From sequence record MN284901.1: a DNA stretch of 32,000 nucleotides; one strand, written 5' to 3'. A model generated the notes under the pieces. It saw only the letters and a program-made list of their open reading frames with translations. It did not search any database and was not told the origin of the DNA. Made by a program: the position numbers and the translations under genes. Below, piece after piece: positions 9,764 through 18,442 of this stretch (positions are counted from its first letter, which is position 1; every line of letters begins with the position of its first letter). Source of the DNA: Microbacterium phage YuuY.

Positions 9764-10627
9764 ATGGCAACCCTCAAGAATCACCCCGGCTACTGGCTGC
9801 GCGACGACGCTGCTGCGGCCTTCGACGCCTACGAGGCGAAGTACGGCAAGCGCACCGTGAACAGCGCTGGTCGGACCAAGGCGGAGCAGCAGAACCTCAT
9901 CAACCGATGGGACGCTGGTGGCGCTGCGAACCGTCCCCCGTACCTGTACGCACCGGCTCGTCCGGCCGAGTCCAGCAACCACGTCCGCGACGGTGGTGTG
10001 GCCGTGGACATCGGCGACTGGCGCACCTTCAAGGAGCACTCCGAGGAGTTCGGCTTCTACTGGTACGGCAACTCGGACGTCGTCCACTTCGACTTCAAGG
10101 GATGGAACGGTGGCGTCTCGCAGGACACCAAGAACCGTCAGTCCTGGCTGAACACTGCACGCGGTGAGAAGCTGGCCGTCGACGGCATCCAGGGACCGGC
10201 TACGACCGCTGCGATCAAGCGCTACCAGAGCTTCCTCGGCGTGACCGCTGACGGCATCTGGGGCGACCGCACCCAGGCTGCACATCAGGTCTACTACGAC
10301 AAGGTGAACGGCGGAGGCAAGCCCTCTCCCAAGCCGAGCAACCCCTTCGGCATCCCGTACTGCGCGGGTCTGCAGAAGATCGCCCGCCTGTACGGTGGGA
10401 ACACGGCTCCGGACCAGATCTGGGGCGCACAGTCGGCCAAGGGATTCGCTCAGTTCCTGCGGGCGAACTGGGGCTACAAGGGCAACGACGTTCTCGGCCC
10501 GGTGATGTGGGCTGCGATCGCTCGCTGGCTGCGGGCGCGCTGGGGCTACGTCGGCAACGACACCCCCGGTCCGGTGATGCGCGCTGCGCTGAGCCGTGCA
10601 GAGGTCGCGAACTACAAGGAACTGTAA
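9764..10627 (+). CDS. Endolysin: M15-family (VanY-like) peptidase plus peptidoglycan-binding domain
   Basis: ATG at 9764 with SD aaggag. SSNHVRDGGVAVDI...VVHFD fits the M15 Sxx-H-...-D / HxD zinc site; VDGIQGPATTAAIKRYQSFLGVTADGIWG is a PG_binding_1 repeat. Confidence 0.85.
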   Translation: MATLKNHPGYWLRDDAAAAFDAYEAKYGKRTVNSAGRTKAEQQNLINRWDAGGAANRPPYLYAPARPAESSNHVRDGGVAVDIGDWRTFKEHSEEFGFYWYGNSDVVHFDFKGWNGGVSQDTKNRQSWLNTARGEKLAVDGIQGPATTAAIKRYQSFLGVTADGIWGDRTQAAHQVYYDKVNGGGKPSPKPSNPFGIPYCAGLQKIARLYGGNTAPDQIWGAQSAKGFAQFLRANWGYKGNDVLGPVMWAAIARWLRARWGYVGNDTPGPVMRAALSRAEVANYKEL

Positions 10628-10653
10628 GCTGTAATCCGACCTGGAGGGGTCTA

Positions 10654-11037
10654 ATGTTGGAAGTAATCGAACGCATCTCCGCCGTTCTCACACCGGTGCT
10701 CGTCGCCGTGATCACGGTCTACGGAGGCGTGCTGGTGGCCAAGTTGAACAAGGTCAAGACCAATGTGGAGAAGGTCCAGACCGACATCATCACCAACCAC
10801 GGCAGCAAGAACATCGGGGATGCGATCGATCGCCTCACCACCAAGGTGTCTGTCATCAGCGACAATCAGGACCAGCTCATCCTGGACGTGAAGGCGCTGA
10901 AGCAGCACGACACCGAAGTGGACTCCCGGCTGGATACCATTGAGGACTCCAGCCGGGAGACCAAGGATGCAGTCACCGACAGCATCCGAGTAGTGAAACC
11001 GTTCCACGCTCTCGTGGACAAGCTGAAAGGCAAGTAA
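10654..11037 (+). CDS. Membrane-anchored coiled-coil protein, candidate lysis accessory (DUF2746-like)
   Basis: One N-terminal TM (VLTPVLVAVITVYGGVLVA) followed by a charged helix; SD ggagggg; lies between endolysin and holin-like ORF. Confidence 0.65.
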   Translation: MLEVIERISAVLTPVLVAVITVYGGVLVAKLNKVKTNVEKVQTDIITNHGSKNIGDAIDRLTTKVSVISDNQDQLILDVKALKQHDTEVDSRLDTIEDSSRETKDAVTDSIRVVKPFHALVDKLKGK

Positions 11038-11331
11038 ATGGACACCATCGCAACACTGGCAACCGTCCCGGCTGTCATCGCCCTGGTCACGCTCTTCAAG
11101 GACCTGGGCCTCCCGTCCAAGCTGTCGCCCCTGCTGGCCGTCGTGCTCGGTGTGGCCCTGTCGGTGCTGGGCGCGCTGTCGCTGGGCACCGTGGCCAACT
11201 GGTACGAGACGGTCAGCCTCGGCGTCATCCTCGGCCTGAGCGCTGCCGGTCTGTACGACGGCGCACGGGCCATCGGTGCGAACAAGACCCCTGAGACCAT
11301 CGTGGTCCAGGAAACCCGAAAGGAAATCTAA
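11038..11331 (+). CDS. Holin-like small membrane protein
   Basis: 97 aa with two hydrophobic helices (TLATVPAVIALVTLF; LLAVVLGVALSVLGALSLG) beside the lysin. Confidence 0.7.
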   Translation: MDTIATLATVPAVIALVTLFKDLGLPSKLSPLLAVVLGVALSVLGALSLGTVANWYETVSLGVILGLSAAGLYDGARAIGANKTPETIVVQETRKEI

Positions 11332-11332
11332 C

Positions 11333-11698
11333 ATGGCAGGTTACGCAACCCCGAGCGGGTCGTGCGGGCAGCAGTCCGCGACCGACTTCTGGACCTGGCG
11401 ATGGATGGGAGGCACCATCCGCGCTCGTCTGCTGGATGTGGCCCTCGCCCCTGACCCGAACTACAACTGGGGCCAGTGGGGTCAGGCTCAGCTCCGCATC
11501 GACCTGGTCGGCCGGGACGGGGGGATCAAGGCCAGTAACTCGCTCTACAAGAGCTGGGGCGTGCTTCCGGCCTACAAGACCTTCGTCTTCTGGAACAACG
11601 CACAGGAGGTTCGCATGCGCATCCGTGCCAGCGTCTACTCCTACCCGTGGGGTGCTGGTGCCTGGGTCAACTTCAAGATGGAGTGGAGCTGGGGCTAA
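11333..11698 (+). CDS. Hypothetical protein at the end of the late operon
   Basis: ATG at 11333 after aaaggaaat; 121 aa MAGYATPSGSCGQQSATDFWTWRW...; ends before the hairpin at 11712. Confidence 0.6.
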   Translation: MAGYATPSGSCGQQSATDFWTWRWMGGTIRARLLDVALAPDPNYNWGQWGQAQLRIDLVGRDGGIKASNSLYKSWGVLPAYKTFVFWNNAQEVRMRIRASVYSYPWGAGAWVNFKMEWSWG

Positions 11699-11711
11699 GC
11701 CCTAGACACAA

Positions 11712-11749
11712 GGAAGCCCCGTCCGGCTGCTATGCCAGGCGGGGCTTCC
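11712..11749. terminator. Bidirectional hairpin between convergent operons
   Basis: Perfect 10-bp inverted repeat ggaagccccg (11712-11721) / cggggcttcc (11740-11749), between converging gene sets. Confidence 0.8.
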
Positions 11750-11757
11750 TGCTGTGC

Positions 11758-11934
11758 TCAGGCGAGGGGGAAGCGCTGCTCGAGCTGCACCACGGCCACA
11801 CCCAGGTCCGTCTCCAGGCGACCGCGCTGGTGGTCGATGCGGCGGATGCGGATAACCGTGGCCTCGTTGCCCTCGGGGTCGATGATGACCTGACCCTTGG
11901 TGAGATCCTCTGCCTTGATGCCCTTGCTTGCCAT
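11758..11934 (-). CDS. Small hypothetical protein
   Basis: MASKGIKAEDLTKGQVIIDPEGNEATVIRIRRIDHQ...; SD aaggaggccatc before ATG at 11934. Confidence 0.6.
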   Translation of the reverse strand: MASKGIKAEDLTKGQVIIDPEGNEATVIRIRRIDHQRGRLETDLGVAVVQLEQRFPLA

Positions 11935-11963
11935 GATGGCCTCCTTGGTTGGTGTGTACTTGA

Positions 11964-11993
11964 AGCTTAGCACGGGGTGCTGAAGGTTCACAA
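11964..11993 (-). promoter_or_regulatory. Putative promoter TTGTGA-N18-TAAGCT for the 11934 gene
   Basis: -35 11988-11993, -10 11964-11969; same family as the other TTGCnn promoters; includes the shared ACCTTCAG block. Confidence 0.5.
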
Positions 11994-12140
11994 GCTGCGG
12001 GAGTACTGCATCTCCACCCAGTTGTATTCGCCTTCCTTGCCGTTGGGGTAGTCCTCCACGAAGCGCTCAGCACGCTTGCGGGAAGTGGTGTGACCGATGA
12101 CGAAGATCTCGCCCTTGACGCTGCCGATGATGATGAACAT
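11988..12140 (-). CDS. Small hypothetical protein (50 aa), absent from the supplied ORF track
   Basis: Manual translation: MFIIIGSVKGEIFVIGHTTSRKRAERFVEDYPNGKEGEYNWVEMQYSRSL*. Confidence 0.6.
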   Translation of the reverse strand: MFIIIGSVKGEIFVIGHTTSRKRAERFVEDYPNGKEGEYNWVEMQYSRSL

Positions 12141-12146
12141 GAGACT

Positions 12147-12175
12147 ACCTTAGCTCAGGTTCCGAAGGCACGCAA
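12147..12175 (-). promoter_or_regulatory. Putative promoter TTGCGT-N17-TAAGGT, leaderless spacing to ATG 12140
   Basis: -35 12170-12175, -10 12147-12152, then 6 nt (agtctc) to the ATG. Confidence 0.55.
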
Positions 12176-12183
12176 GCCCCGGC

Positions 12184-13083
12184 TCAGAGCCAGGCACCCT
12201 TCGTGGGACGGCTGCCGAACGCGAACGACTTGTCGTCCTTGCTGGGCTGGAGTGTGGCCGTGAAGGTGATGCGGCGACCCTTGACGCCCTGCTCGTCGGT
12301 GCCGTCAGCGCCCAGCAGCCAGCAGTCAGGACCCCAGGTGTAGGACTCCTGGTGGGTCTCACGGTACTCGTCGTACGCCTGGTCGGCCTGGGCCTTGGGG
12401 ATGCTGCACCACACCTTGAAGCCCGCGTCGTCCTTGACGAGGATCTTGTACGCGGTCCCGTAGTCTCCCTCGACGGCCTTGGCCGAGACAACCTCGCCGG
12501 TCACCACGACGCGGCCCTCGGGAGCGGGGTGGGCCTCCGCCTCGGCCTGCTGCTCTGCACGCCGGTCGGCCACGCGCTGCAGAGCAGCGATCTGGCGCTC
12601 GCTGAAGGGGCGCTCGTCCAGCTTCCAGAGCTGGTCAGCCAACTGGAGGACGAAGGAGTCACGCTCGGTGCTGCTGGGGTAGACGTCGCCGTTCGGCTGG
12701 TTCCAGGCACGCACGTTGAGGACGCTGGTGAGGAGCGCCCACACTGCCGGGTGAGAGGCCTCGAGAGCGTCCCAGGCCGCGTCACGCTTAGCGAGCTTGG
12801 CGAGGCGCTCCTGCTCCCGCTTAGCGTCACGACGAGCCTTGGCCAGCGCCCGTCCGTGGCACCACTTCTGGGCCTCGGCCTCAGTCTCGAAGATGTCCCC
12901 GAGCCGTGCTTCCCAGTTGTTATTGCACAGGTAGCAGATGCTGTCGTAGCCGTTGAACGAGTAGTGGCCGGTGCCTCCGCAACGGGAGCAGCCCTTGCCG
13001 AAGACGCCATCGTTGGTGACGACGTAGTAGAAGCCTTCAAACTCAACCGAGTGGATGGAGCGGATGTCCTGTGTGGTGTTCAT
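12184..13083 (-). CDS. Zinc-ribbon/finger containing phage protein of unknown function
   Basis: 299 aa; CSRCGGTGHYSFNGYDSICYLC Cys4 motif. Confidence 0.7.
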   Translation of the reverse strand: MNTTQDIRSIHSVEFEGFYYVVTNDGVFGKGCSRCGGTGHYSFNGYDSICYLCNNNWEARLGDIFETEAEAQKWCHGRALAKARRDAKREQERLAKLAKRDAAWDALEASHPAVWALLTSVLNVRAWNQPNGDVYPSSTERDSFVLQLADQLWKLDERPFSERQIAALQRVADRRAEQQAEAEAHPAPEGRVVVTGEVVSAKAVEGDYGTAYKILVKDDAGFKVWCSIPKAQADQAYDEYRETHQESYTWGPDCWLLGADGTDEQGVKGRRITFTATLQPSKDDKSFAFGSRPTKGAWL

Positions 13084-13089
13084 GTGATC

Positions 13090-13119
13090 AGCCTAACACG
13101 ACCCTGAAGGTATCCGCAA
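13090..13119 (-). promoter_or_regulatory. Putative promoter TTGCGG-N18-TAGGCT, leaderless spacing to ATG 13083
   Basis: -35 13114-13119, -10 13090-13095, then 6 nt (gatcac) to the ATG. Confidence 0.6.
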
Positions 13120-13121
13120 CC

Positions 13122-13370
13122 CTACAGCCCAGAAATCTGAATCAGGCCCGAGATGCCCATCAGGACCTCGTCCCAGTAGCGTCCCCACCAGTAGCCAGCG
13201 CACAGCATCCACACGACCATGAAGATCACCATCAGAATGGGCATCCAGATCAGGACGCCGAGCAGCTTCTGGAGAAGTGTGGCCTTCGGTTCGGGGATGA
13301 CCTGGGCGTCCATGCGCGAGGCAAGGTCATCAAAGCTGGTAACGGGTCGGGGGTCAAGTGTTGTCTTCAT
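13122..13370 (-). CDS. Small membrane protein
   Basis: 82 aa; C-terminal hydrophobic span IWMPILMVIFMVVWMLCAGYWWG. Confidence 0.65.
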   Translation of the reverse strand: MKTTLDPRPVTSFDDLASRMDAQVIPEPKATLLQKLLGVLIWMPILMVIFMVVWMLCAGYWWGRYWDEVLMGISGLIQISGL

Positions 13371-13536
13371 GTGGGAAAGCGTACCCTACGGCACGCACAT
13401 CCGCAACCATCTTGTTCACCATGTCCTGTAGTGGCTTGGCATACGCCCACCAGCAGGCCAGCCGGTCCCCGTCGACAGGAGTCTCTCGGCCGAACGTGTG
13501 CAGGCTCATCGCCTCCTGGACCGAGGGGTACATCAC
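13354..13536 (-). CDS. Small hypothetical protein
   Basis: 60 aa, overlaps the stop of the upstream ATPase gene at 13533. Confidence 0.5.
   Translation of the reverse strand: MMYPSVQEAMSLHTFGRETPVDGDRLACWWAYAKPLQDMVNKMVADVRAVGYAFPHEDNT
13378..13406 (-). promoter_or_regulatory. Putative promoter TTGCGG-N17-TACGCT, leaderless spacing to ATG 13370
   Basis: -35 13401-13406, -10 13378-13383, then 7 nt to the ATG. Confidence 0.45.
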
Positions 13537-15212
13537 TCCACCACCGTCGGGCGCTTCACGATCTTCATACTGGTGTTGATGTAGTGCATGGCGTTGCCCC
13601 TCTTGGTCTGCACGCCCATCCGAAGCAGGTCACTGTCCTCTTCGGGTGCAGCCAGGGACATGATAAAATCTGACCAGCCGTGCAGCGCCGTCGCACCCAG
13701 GATGGACTCCTGCACGGTCTCACCCTTCTCGAAGACCCGCTTGCGCGTGTGGTGGATGAACATGATGGCGCACCCCGTGGTCTGGGCGATGGTCTTGATG
13801 GGCTTCAGGATGGCGTACATGTCCTTCTGGTCGGACACATTGGCCTTGCCGATGGCCATGGACAGAGTGTCAATGACCACCAGGTCCAGCTCGTACTCCT
13901 CGATCAGCTCGTGGAGGCGCTGCTGGTCGGCAGGCTCACTGAGGTCCACAGCGGAGAACGTGGTCAGCAGGTCCATCGGCTTGGGGGGATGCCAGGTGAG
14001 TGTCTTGCCTGCACTGCTGAACGACCCCTCCCAGTGGTACGGCTGTCGTCCGTGGTTCTTATTCAGCGACTCACTGAGGCGCTCAGCGAACAGGTAGTCC
14101 CCGTCCTCCAGGGACAGGAACGCCACGCGCTTAGGCTTGCGCATGGACAGCCCCAGCGGCCGACGCCCCGTGGCCAGCCCCAGCGCGATCTCTATGGCGA
14201 TGCGGGTCTTGCCCACCTTGGGCGCTGCCACCAGCAGCCCGCATGCTCCGTCAGCGATGATGCCAGGCAGCACCCAGGACATCGGCTTACGGATGACGTC
14301 CCCGAACTCCTCCACACGGGAGAGACCCCACTGGCCGAAGACCTCTTCGTCCTCATCGTCGCTGTCGTCGTCTTCAACGACCTTGGGCTTCTCCTTGCGG
14401 GGCTTCTCGGGGGTGTGCTCGTACGCGCGCTCGATGTCGTCCTTGAGCTTGTCAGGGTCGTCCTTCCACTTGTTCCACTCGGTCGCCTTGATCATCTTGA
14501 ACGCGAGGCTCTGGTCCAGCCCAAGCTCTGCAGCATTGCGGGCGAACTTCCAGAGGAGCTGGCTGCGGTCACCGTAGATGTCCTTCTTGCCCAGCTCGGC
14601 AGCCGTGCCAGCCGCGAAGCCTAGCTCCTTGGCCACACGAGAGAGCAGCATGCCACGGGTCCAGACGCGCCCGCTGGCAGAGAGCACGCGACCCAGGAAC
14701 GGCTCCCGCTTATGGTGCATGGTGCCAGGCACGCGGAGGAGCTGGCTGATGTCGACGCCGGACTTGTCCGCGCCGATAGCCTGGGTGAGCATGCCGATAA
14801 ACCCGTCCCGATGGAACTCGGACACGGGCAGGGATTCCTTGAGGAGCCAGATGGCCTGGATGTGGCCAGGGCTGGTCTCCCACATGTATGACGGCCGAAG
14901 CGCTTCCAGCAGCTTCCGGTCGTAGTTGTCGTCGCAGTCCACCCAGACCGCACGCTGCGCCGGGTAGTTGGTGCCTTCCGAACCCTTCTTGATGCGCCTA
15001 GTGTCGCCACGGCTGACAGCCGGGGTCCAGTACCAGTCCACCGAGTCACGAAGGTCGGGGAGCTGGGGGCTGCGGGCGCTAATCATAGCACCTTCGCTGA
15101 AGCGCTCCTTGCCCTCGACTCCGATGTTGGAGATGTGGGGCATCCACACGTTACCCTTCACACCGGAGTGCTTCCACACCTTGTGAATTAGGTCAAGAGG
15201 GTTGATATCCAC
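13533..15212 (-). CDS. RepA-like helicase / bifunctional primase-helicase-type AAA ATPase
   Basis: N-terminal RepB/PrimPol-like VWVDCDDNYDRK...GVDISQLLRVPGTMHHK; Walker A LLVAAPKVGKTRIAIEIALGLATG; Walker B DLVVIDTLSMA. Confidence 0.8.
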   Translation of the reverse strand: MDINPLDLIHKVWKHSGVKGNVWMPHISNIGVEGKERFSEGAMISARSPQLPDLRDSVDWYWTPAVSRGDTRRIKKGSEGTNYPAQRAVWVDCDDNYDRKLLEALRPSYMWETSPGHIQAIWLLKESLPVSEFHRDGFIGMLTQAIGADKSGVDISQLLRVPGTMHHKREPFLGRVLSASGRVWTRGMLLSRVAKELGFAAGTAAELGKKDIYGDRSQLLWKFARNAAELGLDQSLAFKMIKATEWNKWKDDPDKLKDDIERAYEHTPEKPRKEKPKVVEDDDSDDEDEEVFGQWGLSRVEEFGDVIRKPMSWVLPGIIADGACGLLVAAPKVGKTRIAIEIALGLATGRRPLGLSMRKPKRVAFLSLEDGDYLFAERLSESLNKNHGRQPYHWEGSFSSAGKTLTWHPPKPMDLLTTFSAVDLSEPADQQRLHELIEEYELDLVVIDTLSMAIGKANVSDQKDMYAILKPIKTIAQTTGCAIMFIHHTRKRVFEKGETVQESILGATALHGWSDFIMSLAAPEEDSDLLRMGVQTKRGNAMHYINTSMKIVKRPTVVE

Positions 15213-15481
15213 TCTACTACTTCCTGAGCCTTGGGGTCATGGCTGACGAACGTGGTGCCACCAGCCTGACGGAACTTTTTGAGGTTATACTGCTGCGCTT
15301 CGCTGGGCTTTTCGCGGGCCGATCGCTTAGCCTCGATGGCGAAGAATCGCCCGTGCGCACAGCCCATGATGTCGGGGGTGCCCTTCTGCTGAAAGGCACC
15401 CCCATGAGTGCGGAGGGCGTACACCCCAGGCATCGCGTTGAGCCGCTTGAGCATGCGGCGCACGACCTCCGCCTCATCCAT
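15188..15481 (-). CDS. VRR-NUC domain endonuclease
   Basis: GVYALRTHGGAFQQKGTPDIMGCAHGRFFAIEAKRSAREKPSEAQQYNLKKFRQAGGTTFV: G-x-PDI, (I/A)E-x-K and QxxxL motifs. Confidence 0.85.
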   Translation of the reverse strand: MDEAEVVRRMLKRLNAMPGVYALRTHGGAFQQKGTPDIMGCAHGRFFAIEAKRSAREKPSEAQQYNLKKFRQAGGTTFVSHDPKAQEVVEWISTLLT

Positions 15482-16332
15482 CAGCGACGCTTGACGGTGC
15501 GACGTGCCGGTGCGGCCTTGGCTGCGGGCTTGCGTGCAGCAGCGCGACGCTTCGGAGCAGGCTCAGGCTCCTCCTCTTCGTCTTCGTCGTCCTCGAACTC
15601 CTCGTCCTCGAGCTCTTCGTCTTCGAGGTCCTCGTCGTCCAGGTCGTCCTCGTCATCTTCGTCGTCGCCCTCGCCGAGCTCCTCCTCGATGACCAGCTCC
15701 ACCAGCTCGGCCTTCTTCACGCCGTCGGTGTCGATTCCGAGGCCCTTGGCACGCTTGCGCAGTGCAGGCAGGGTGAGGGCCTCGATCTCTTCGCGAAGCT
15801 CCTCGTCGTCCTCTTCCTCCGACTCCTCGTCTTCGTCGGCGTCGTCTTCGTACTCCTCTTCGGCCTCGTCAGCCTCGTCGTCGTACTCTTCCTCGTCATC
15901 CTCGTCGACGCCGGTGTTCTCGTCGTCCAGGATGTCCAGGCCGTAGATGTTGGCCAGGCTGGAGCGGCCCTCGTACTGGCCGGTCTCGTCCTCGACCTCA
16001 CCAGCGACCGACTTGCCGACGGCCTTGTTCGGGTCGATGTTGACGGCCTTGCCCTTGGCCTTGGCTGCGTCCAGCACGCCAGCAGCGACCATCAGGTCGC
16101 GGAGCTTCCAGAACTGGTTCGCCTGGAGCTTGCAGTAGTACGGGAACCGGCGCGTCTTGTACTTCGCCGACTCGGGCACCAGGTAGAAGACGTACATGTC
16201 CGTCCCGTCCCCGGCCTCCTTGTCCTCCACGCCGACGATCTTGAAGGCGTGCAGCCCCTCGGGCATGCGCTTCGTGTTGATGCCGGAGCGCTCTTCGACC
16301 TTGCTGAAATCAAGGCGGATCTTCTTAGCCAT
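15481..16332 (-). CDS. DUF669-like/ssDNA-binding protein with acidic linkers, SAP/HeH-like helix and basic tail
   Basis: N-terminus MAKKIRLDFSKVEERSGINTKRMPEGLHAFKIVG...; two long D/E tracts around LTLPALRKRAKGLGIDTDGVKKAELVELV; basic C-terminus. Lies beside the Sak4-like gene. Confidence 0.65.
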   Translation of the reverse strand: MAKKIRLDFSKVEERSGINTKRMPEGLHAFKIVGVEDKEAGDGTDMYVFYLVPESAKYKTRRFPYYCKLQANQFWKLRDLMVAAGVLDAAKAKGKAVNIDPNKAVGKSVAGEVEDETGQYEGRSSLANIYGLDILDDENTGVDEDDEEEYDDEADEAEEEYEDDADEDEESEEEDDEELREEIEALTLPALRKRAKGLGIDTDGVKKAELVELVIEEELGEGDDEDDEDDLDDEDLEDEELEDEEFEDDEDEEEEPEPAPKRRAAARKPAAKAAPARRTVKRR

Positions 16333-16377
16333 GTTGGCTTCCTTCTTTCTGTTGGTGTTCTTCTTGGGGTATCTCGG

Positions 16378-17049
16378 CTAGCGGGTCCAGCCGAGAAGCT
16401 GGTTCAAGCGCCCGATGCTGGGCGACTTGAGATAGGGTGGGGTGCCAGTATAGCGGTCGCTGCGGGCACCGGCCACAATGGACGAGGACGGCCCCAGCCA
16501 GAGACGGCGCACCGGCTTGTCGTTGACGTGGGCGATGTACAGACGGCCGATGGCGTCGGACATCTGCAGGACGGCGCTGGCTGCACCGGCCGACAGGTCC
16601 ACTGTCGTCATGACTGCTGCGTCCTCATCGTCGTCGTCGCTGGCCCAGTCCTCGTTCGGCAGGATAAGACGCTCCTGAGCCAGCACGATGACATCCTTAT
16701 TGCTGTCGCGCAACGTGCGGATGAGTGTGGCCAGGCCGTTGTTCGCAGTACCGAAGTCCTGCTTCCGCACCTGGGCACCAGGGCCACCAGCCGACTCCTG
16801 CTGGAACAGGGCGTGCAGGCTGGTAGCCGTGTCGATGACGAAGCGCTGGTGCTTAGCCAGGAACGAACTGTTCACCGTCTTATTGATGGTACGCGAGGCC
16901 AGGTCTTCCAGGATGGTCATCCCGGCCGTGTTGATGCCTCGCAGACCACGGTCCGCACTGAAGATCGCCGTCTTGCCCTTGGGTGCATCCTTGAGGGCGA
17001 GCGTGGTCTTGCCGACCTTGGGCCTGCCGTAGATGGTGATGACACTCAT
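16378..17049 (-). CDS. Sak4-like RecA-family recombinase ATPase
   Basis: MSVITIYGRPKVGKTTLALKDAPKGKTAIFSADRGLRGI...; size, Walker A and position match single-domain Sak4 proteins. Confidence 0.8.
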   Translation of the reverse strand: MSVITIYGRPKVGKTTLALKDAPKGKTAIFSADRGLRGINTAGMTILEDLASRTINKTVNSSFLAKHQRFVIDTATSLHALFQQESAGGPGAQVRKQDFGTANNGLATLIRTLRDSNKDVIVLAQERLILPNEDWASDDDDEDAAVMTTVDLSAGAASAVLQMSDAIGRLYIAHVNDKPVRRLWLGPSSSIVAGARSDRYTGTPPYLKSPSIGRLNQLLGWTR

Positions 17050-17186
17050 GCGGCCTTGCCTCCTTCTTCCCTAGCTCGGTGGTTCCACCGAATGGACAGG
17101 GGGCCGACCTCGGGGGCCAGGGTGACAGTGCAGGCCACACCAGGCTCGGCTCCACAGTAGGAACACGCGAATGTGAGTGCTCTCAT
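17046..17186 (-). CDS. Small zinc-finger-like protein (46 aa), absent from the supplied ORF track
   Basis: Manual translation: MRALTFACSYCGAEPGVACTVTLAPEVGPLSIRWNHRAREEGGKAA*; ATGA overlap with 17049 start. Confidence 0.6.
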   Translation of the reverse strand: MRALTFACSYCGAEPGVACTVTLAPEVGPLSIRWNHRAREEGGKAA

Positions 17187-18442
17187 TTCTTTCCCTTCGC
17201 CTTCTTCTGATTGGGGTAGTAGTCCAGGGGGTCCCTGGTGGTGACGTACCGTGTGCGCTGCTCGATCTCGCTGGTGCCGTGCATCAGGTCAGCGACCGTG
17301 AGGTCCTTGTAGTTGCACTTGAAGCTGGAGCAGGCGTACAGGTTCCGCTCCACACAGTCGGGGTCGTCCCACTTGTAGGTTAGCAGCCTACGGGCCGAAG
17401 TCACAAACGACTTGCGCTGGCGCTCGGCCTGCTCCTTGCTGAACACCAGCCGGTCACGCCGGAACTCGGTGCTGTAGTCCCGGTGCTGAAGCTCCACCAG
17501 GAACTCCTCCACGTAGACGCGCTCGTCGGCATCCTCGATGGCGAGCAGGTCCTTGCCACGGATGACGGTCATCATGCCCTGCTCAATCAGCCACTCGCGG
17601 AAGACCGGGTACGTGGTGCCACTGGGCTTCAGCACGCGGCTGATCTTGCCCTTCTGAGTGAGCGTGGGGGTCTTGATGGCCCCGGTACGGCAGTAGTCGT
17701 AGATGAAGCCCTTCGGCTGGGGCAGGGGCTTGCCCTTGTACCGGAGCGCCTTGTACTCGGGTGCAGTCTCGCACGCCCAGAGATAGGAATAGTGCTGGAA
17801 GGCCAGCTCACGATAACGCCAGTCGGGAAGCTGGGCATGCGTCTTGTGATCGCCCAGCCACACATCGCCCTCGTCGTCGATCCAGATGATGTCGATGCGG
17901 CCCCGGTACAGCACCTTGCCCCGGAACATGGGGCGCTCCACCGTCAGCTCCACTGCGATGGGCGTGAGCGTCTCGTGCAGCTTGGTCGCGTACAGCCAGT
18001 CGTAGCTCAGGACGATGTTGTAGCACTCGTCTGCGAGGCCTTCAACCTCTTCCTCGAAGTGCTCGGTCTCGGCCTTGTGCGTCAGCTCCTTGTGCAGCTT
18101 GCGCCAGTCGCCACCCTTGCCCCGCTCTTCCAGCAGCGCGTGGACCCAGGTGCCACGGGTCAGGGGCTTGGACTCGATGCGAGGGCGGAGTCCCAGGATG
18201 ATGCCGTAGTAGGTCTCACGCGGGCACTCAACGAACGAGCTGACCATGCTCTGGGTGATCACGAGCTTGCCGTCGTCCGTCTTCGGCCAGGTGCCTCGAG
18301 GCCCGTGCCACGCCTTGGACCCCGGCTTCTTGCCGGTGCTGGGCAGTGCCTTCGCCTTAGAATTCGGCAAGGGGTTCACCTCCCCAGCAGCGCGAGATCG
18401 TGACGTCTGCCTTGAGGAAGAACTTGCGTTCGAGTGAGTCAT
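17183..18442 (-). CDS. Cas4/RecB-like PD-(D/E)XK exonuclease (real start probably inside the 18357-18442 overlap)
   Basis: ITQSMVSSFVECPRETYYGI, RGTWVHALLEE, GRIDIIWIDDEGDVWLGDHKTH motifs. Confidence 0.8.
   Translation of the reverse strand: MTHSNASSSSRQTSRSRAAGEVNPLPNSKAKALPSTGKKPGSKAWHGPRGTWPKTDDGKLVITQSMVSSFVECPRETYYGIILGLRPRIESKPLTRGTWVHALLEERGKGGDWRKLHKELTHKAETEHFEEEVEGLADECYNIVLSYDWLYATKLHETLTPIAVELTVERPMFRGKVLYRGRIDIIWIDDEGDVWLGDHKTHAQLPDWRYRELAFQHYSYLWACETAPEYKALRYKGKPLPQPKGFIYDYCRTGAIKTPTLTQKGKISRVLKPSGTTYPVFREWLIEQGMMTVIRGKDLLAIEDADERVYVEEFLVELQHRDYSTEFRRDRLVFSKEQAERQRKSFVTSARRLLTYKWDDPDCVERNLYACSSFKCNYKDLTVADLMHGTSEIEQRTRYVTTRDPLDYYPNQKKAKGKK

Noticed and set aside
13680-14624. 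314-aa + strand ORF
   Set aside because: Shadow of the primase/helicase-type ATPase gene.
15571-15920. Repetitive ctcgtcctcg tract considered as a CRISPR or satellite array
   Set aside because: No spacers or fixed repeat unit; it simply encodes D/E runs on the minus strand.
17483-18403. 306-aa + strand ORF
   Set aside because: Antisense to the Cas4/RecB-like nuclease, which has clear motifs; the + strand translation is shadow-like.
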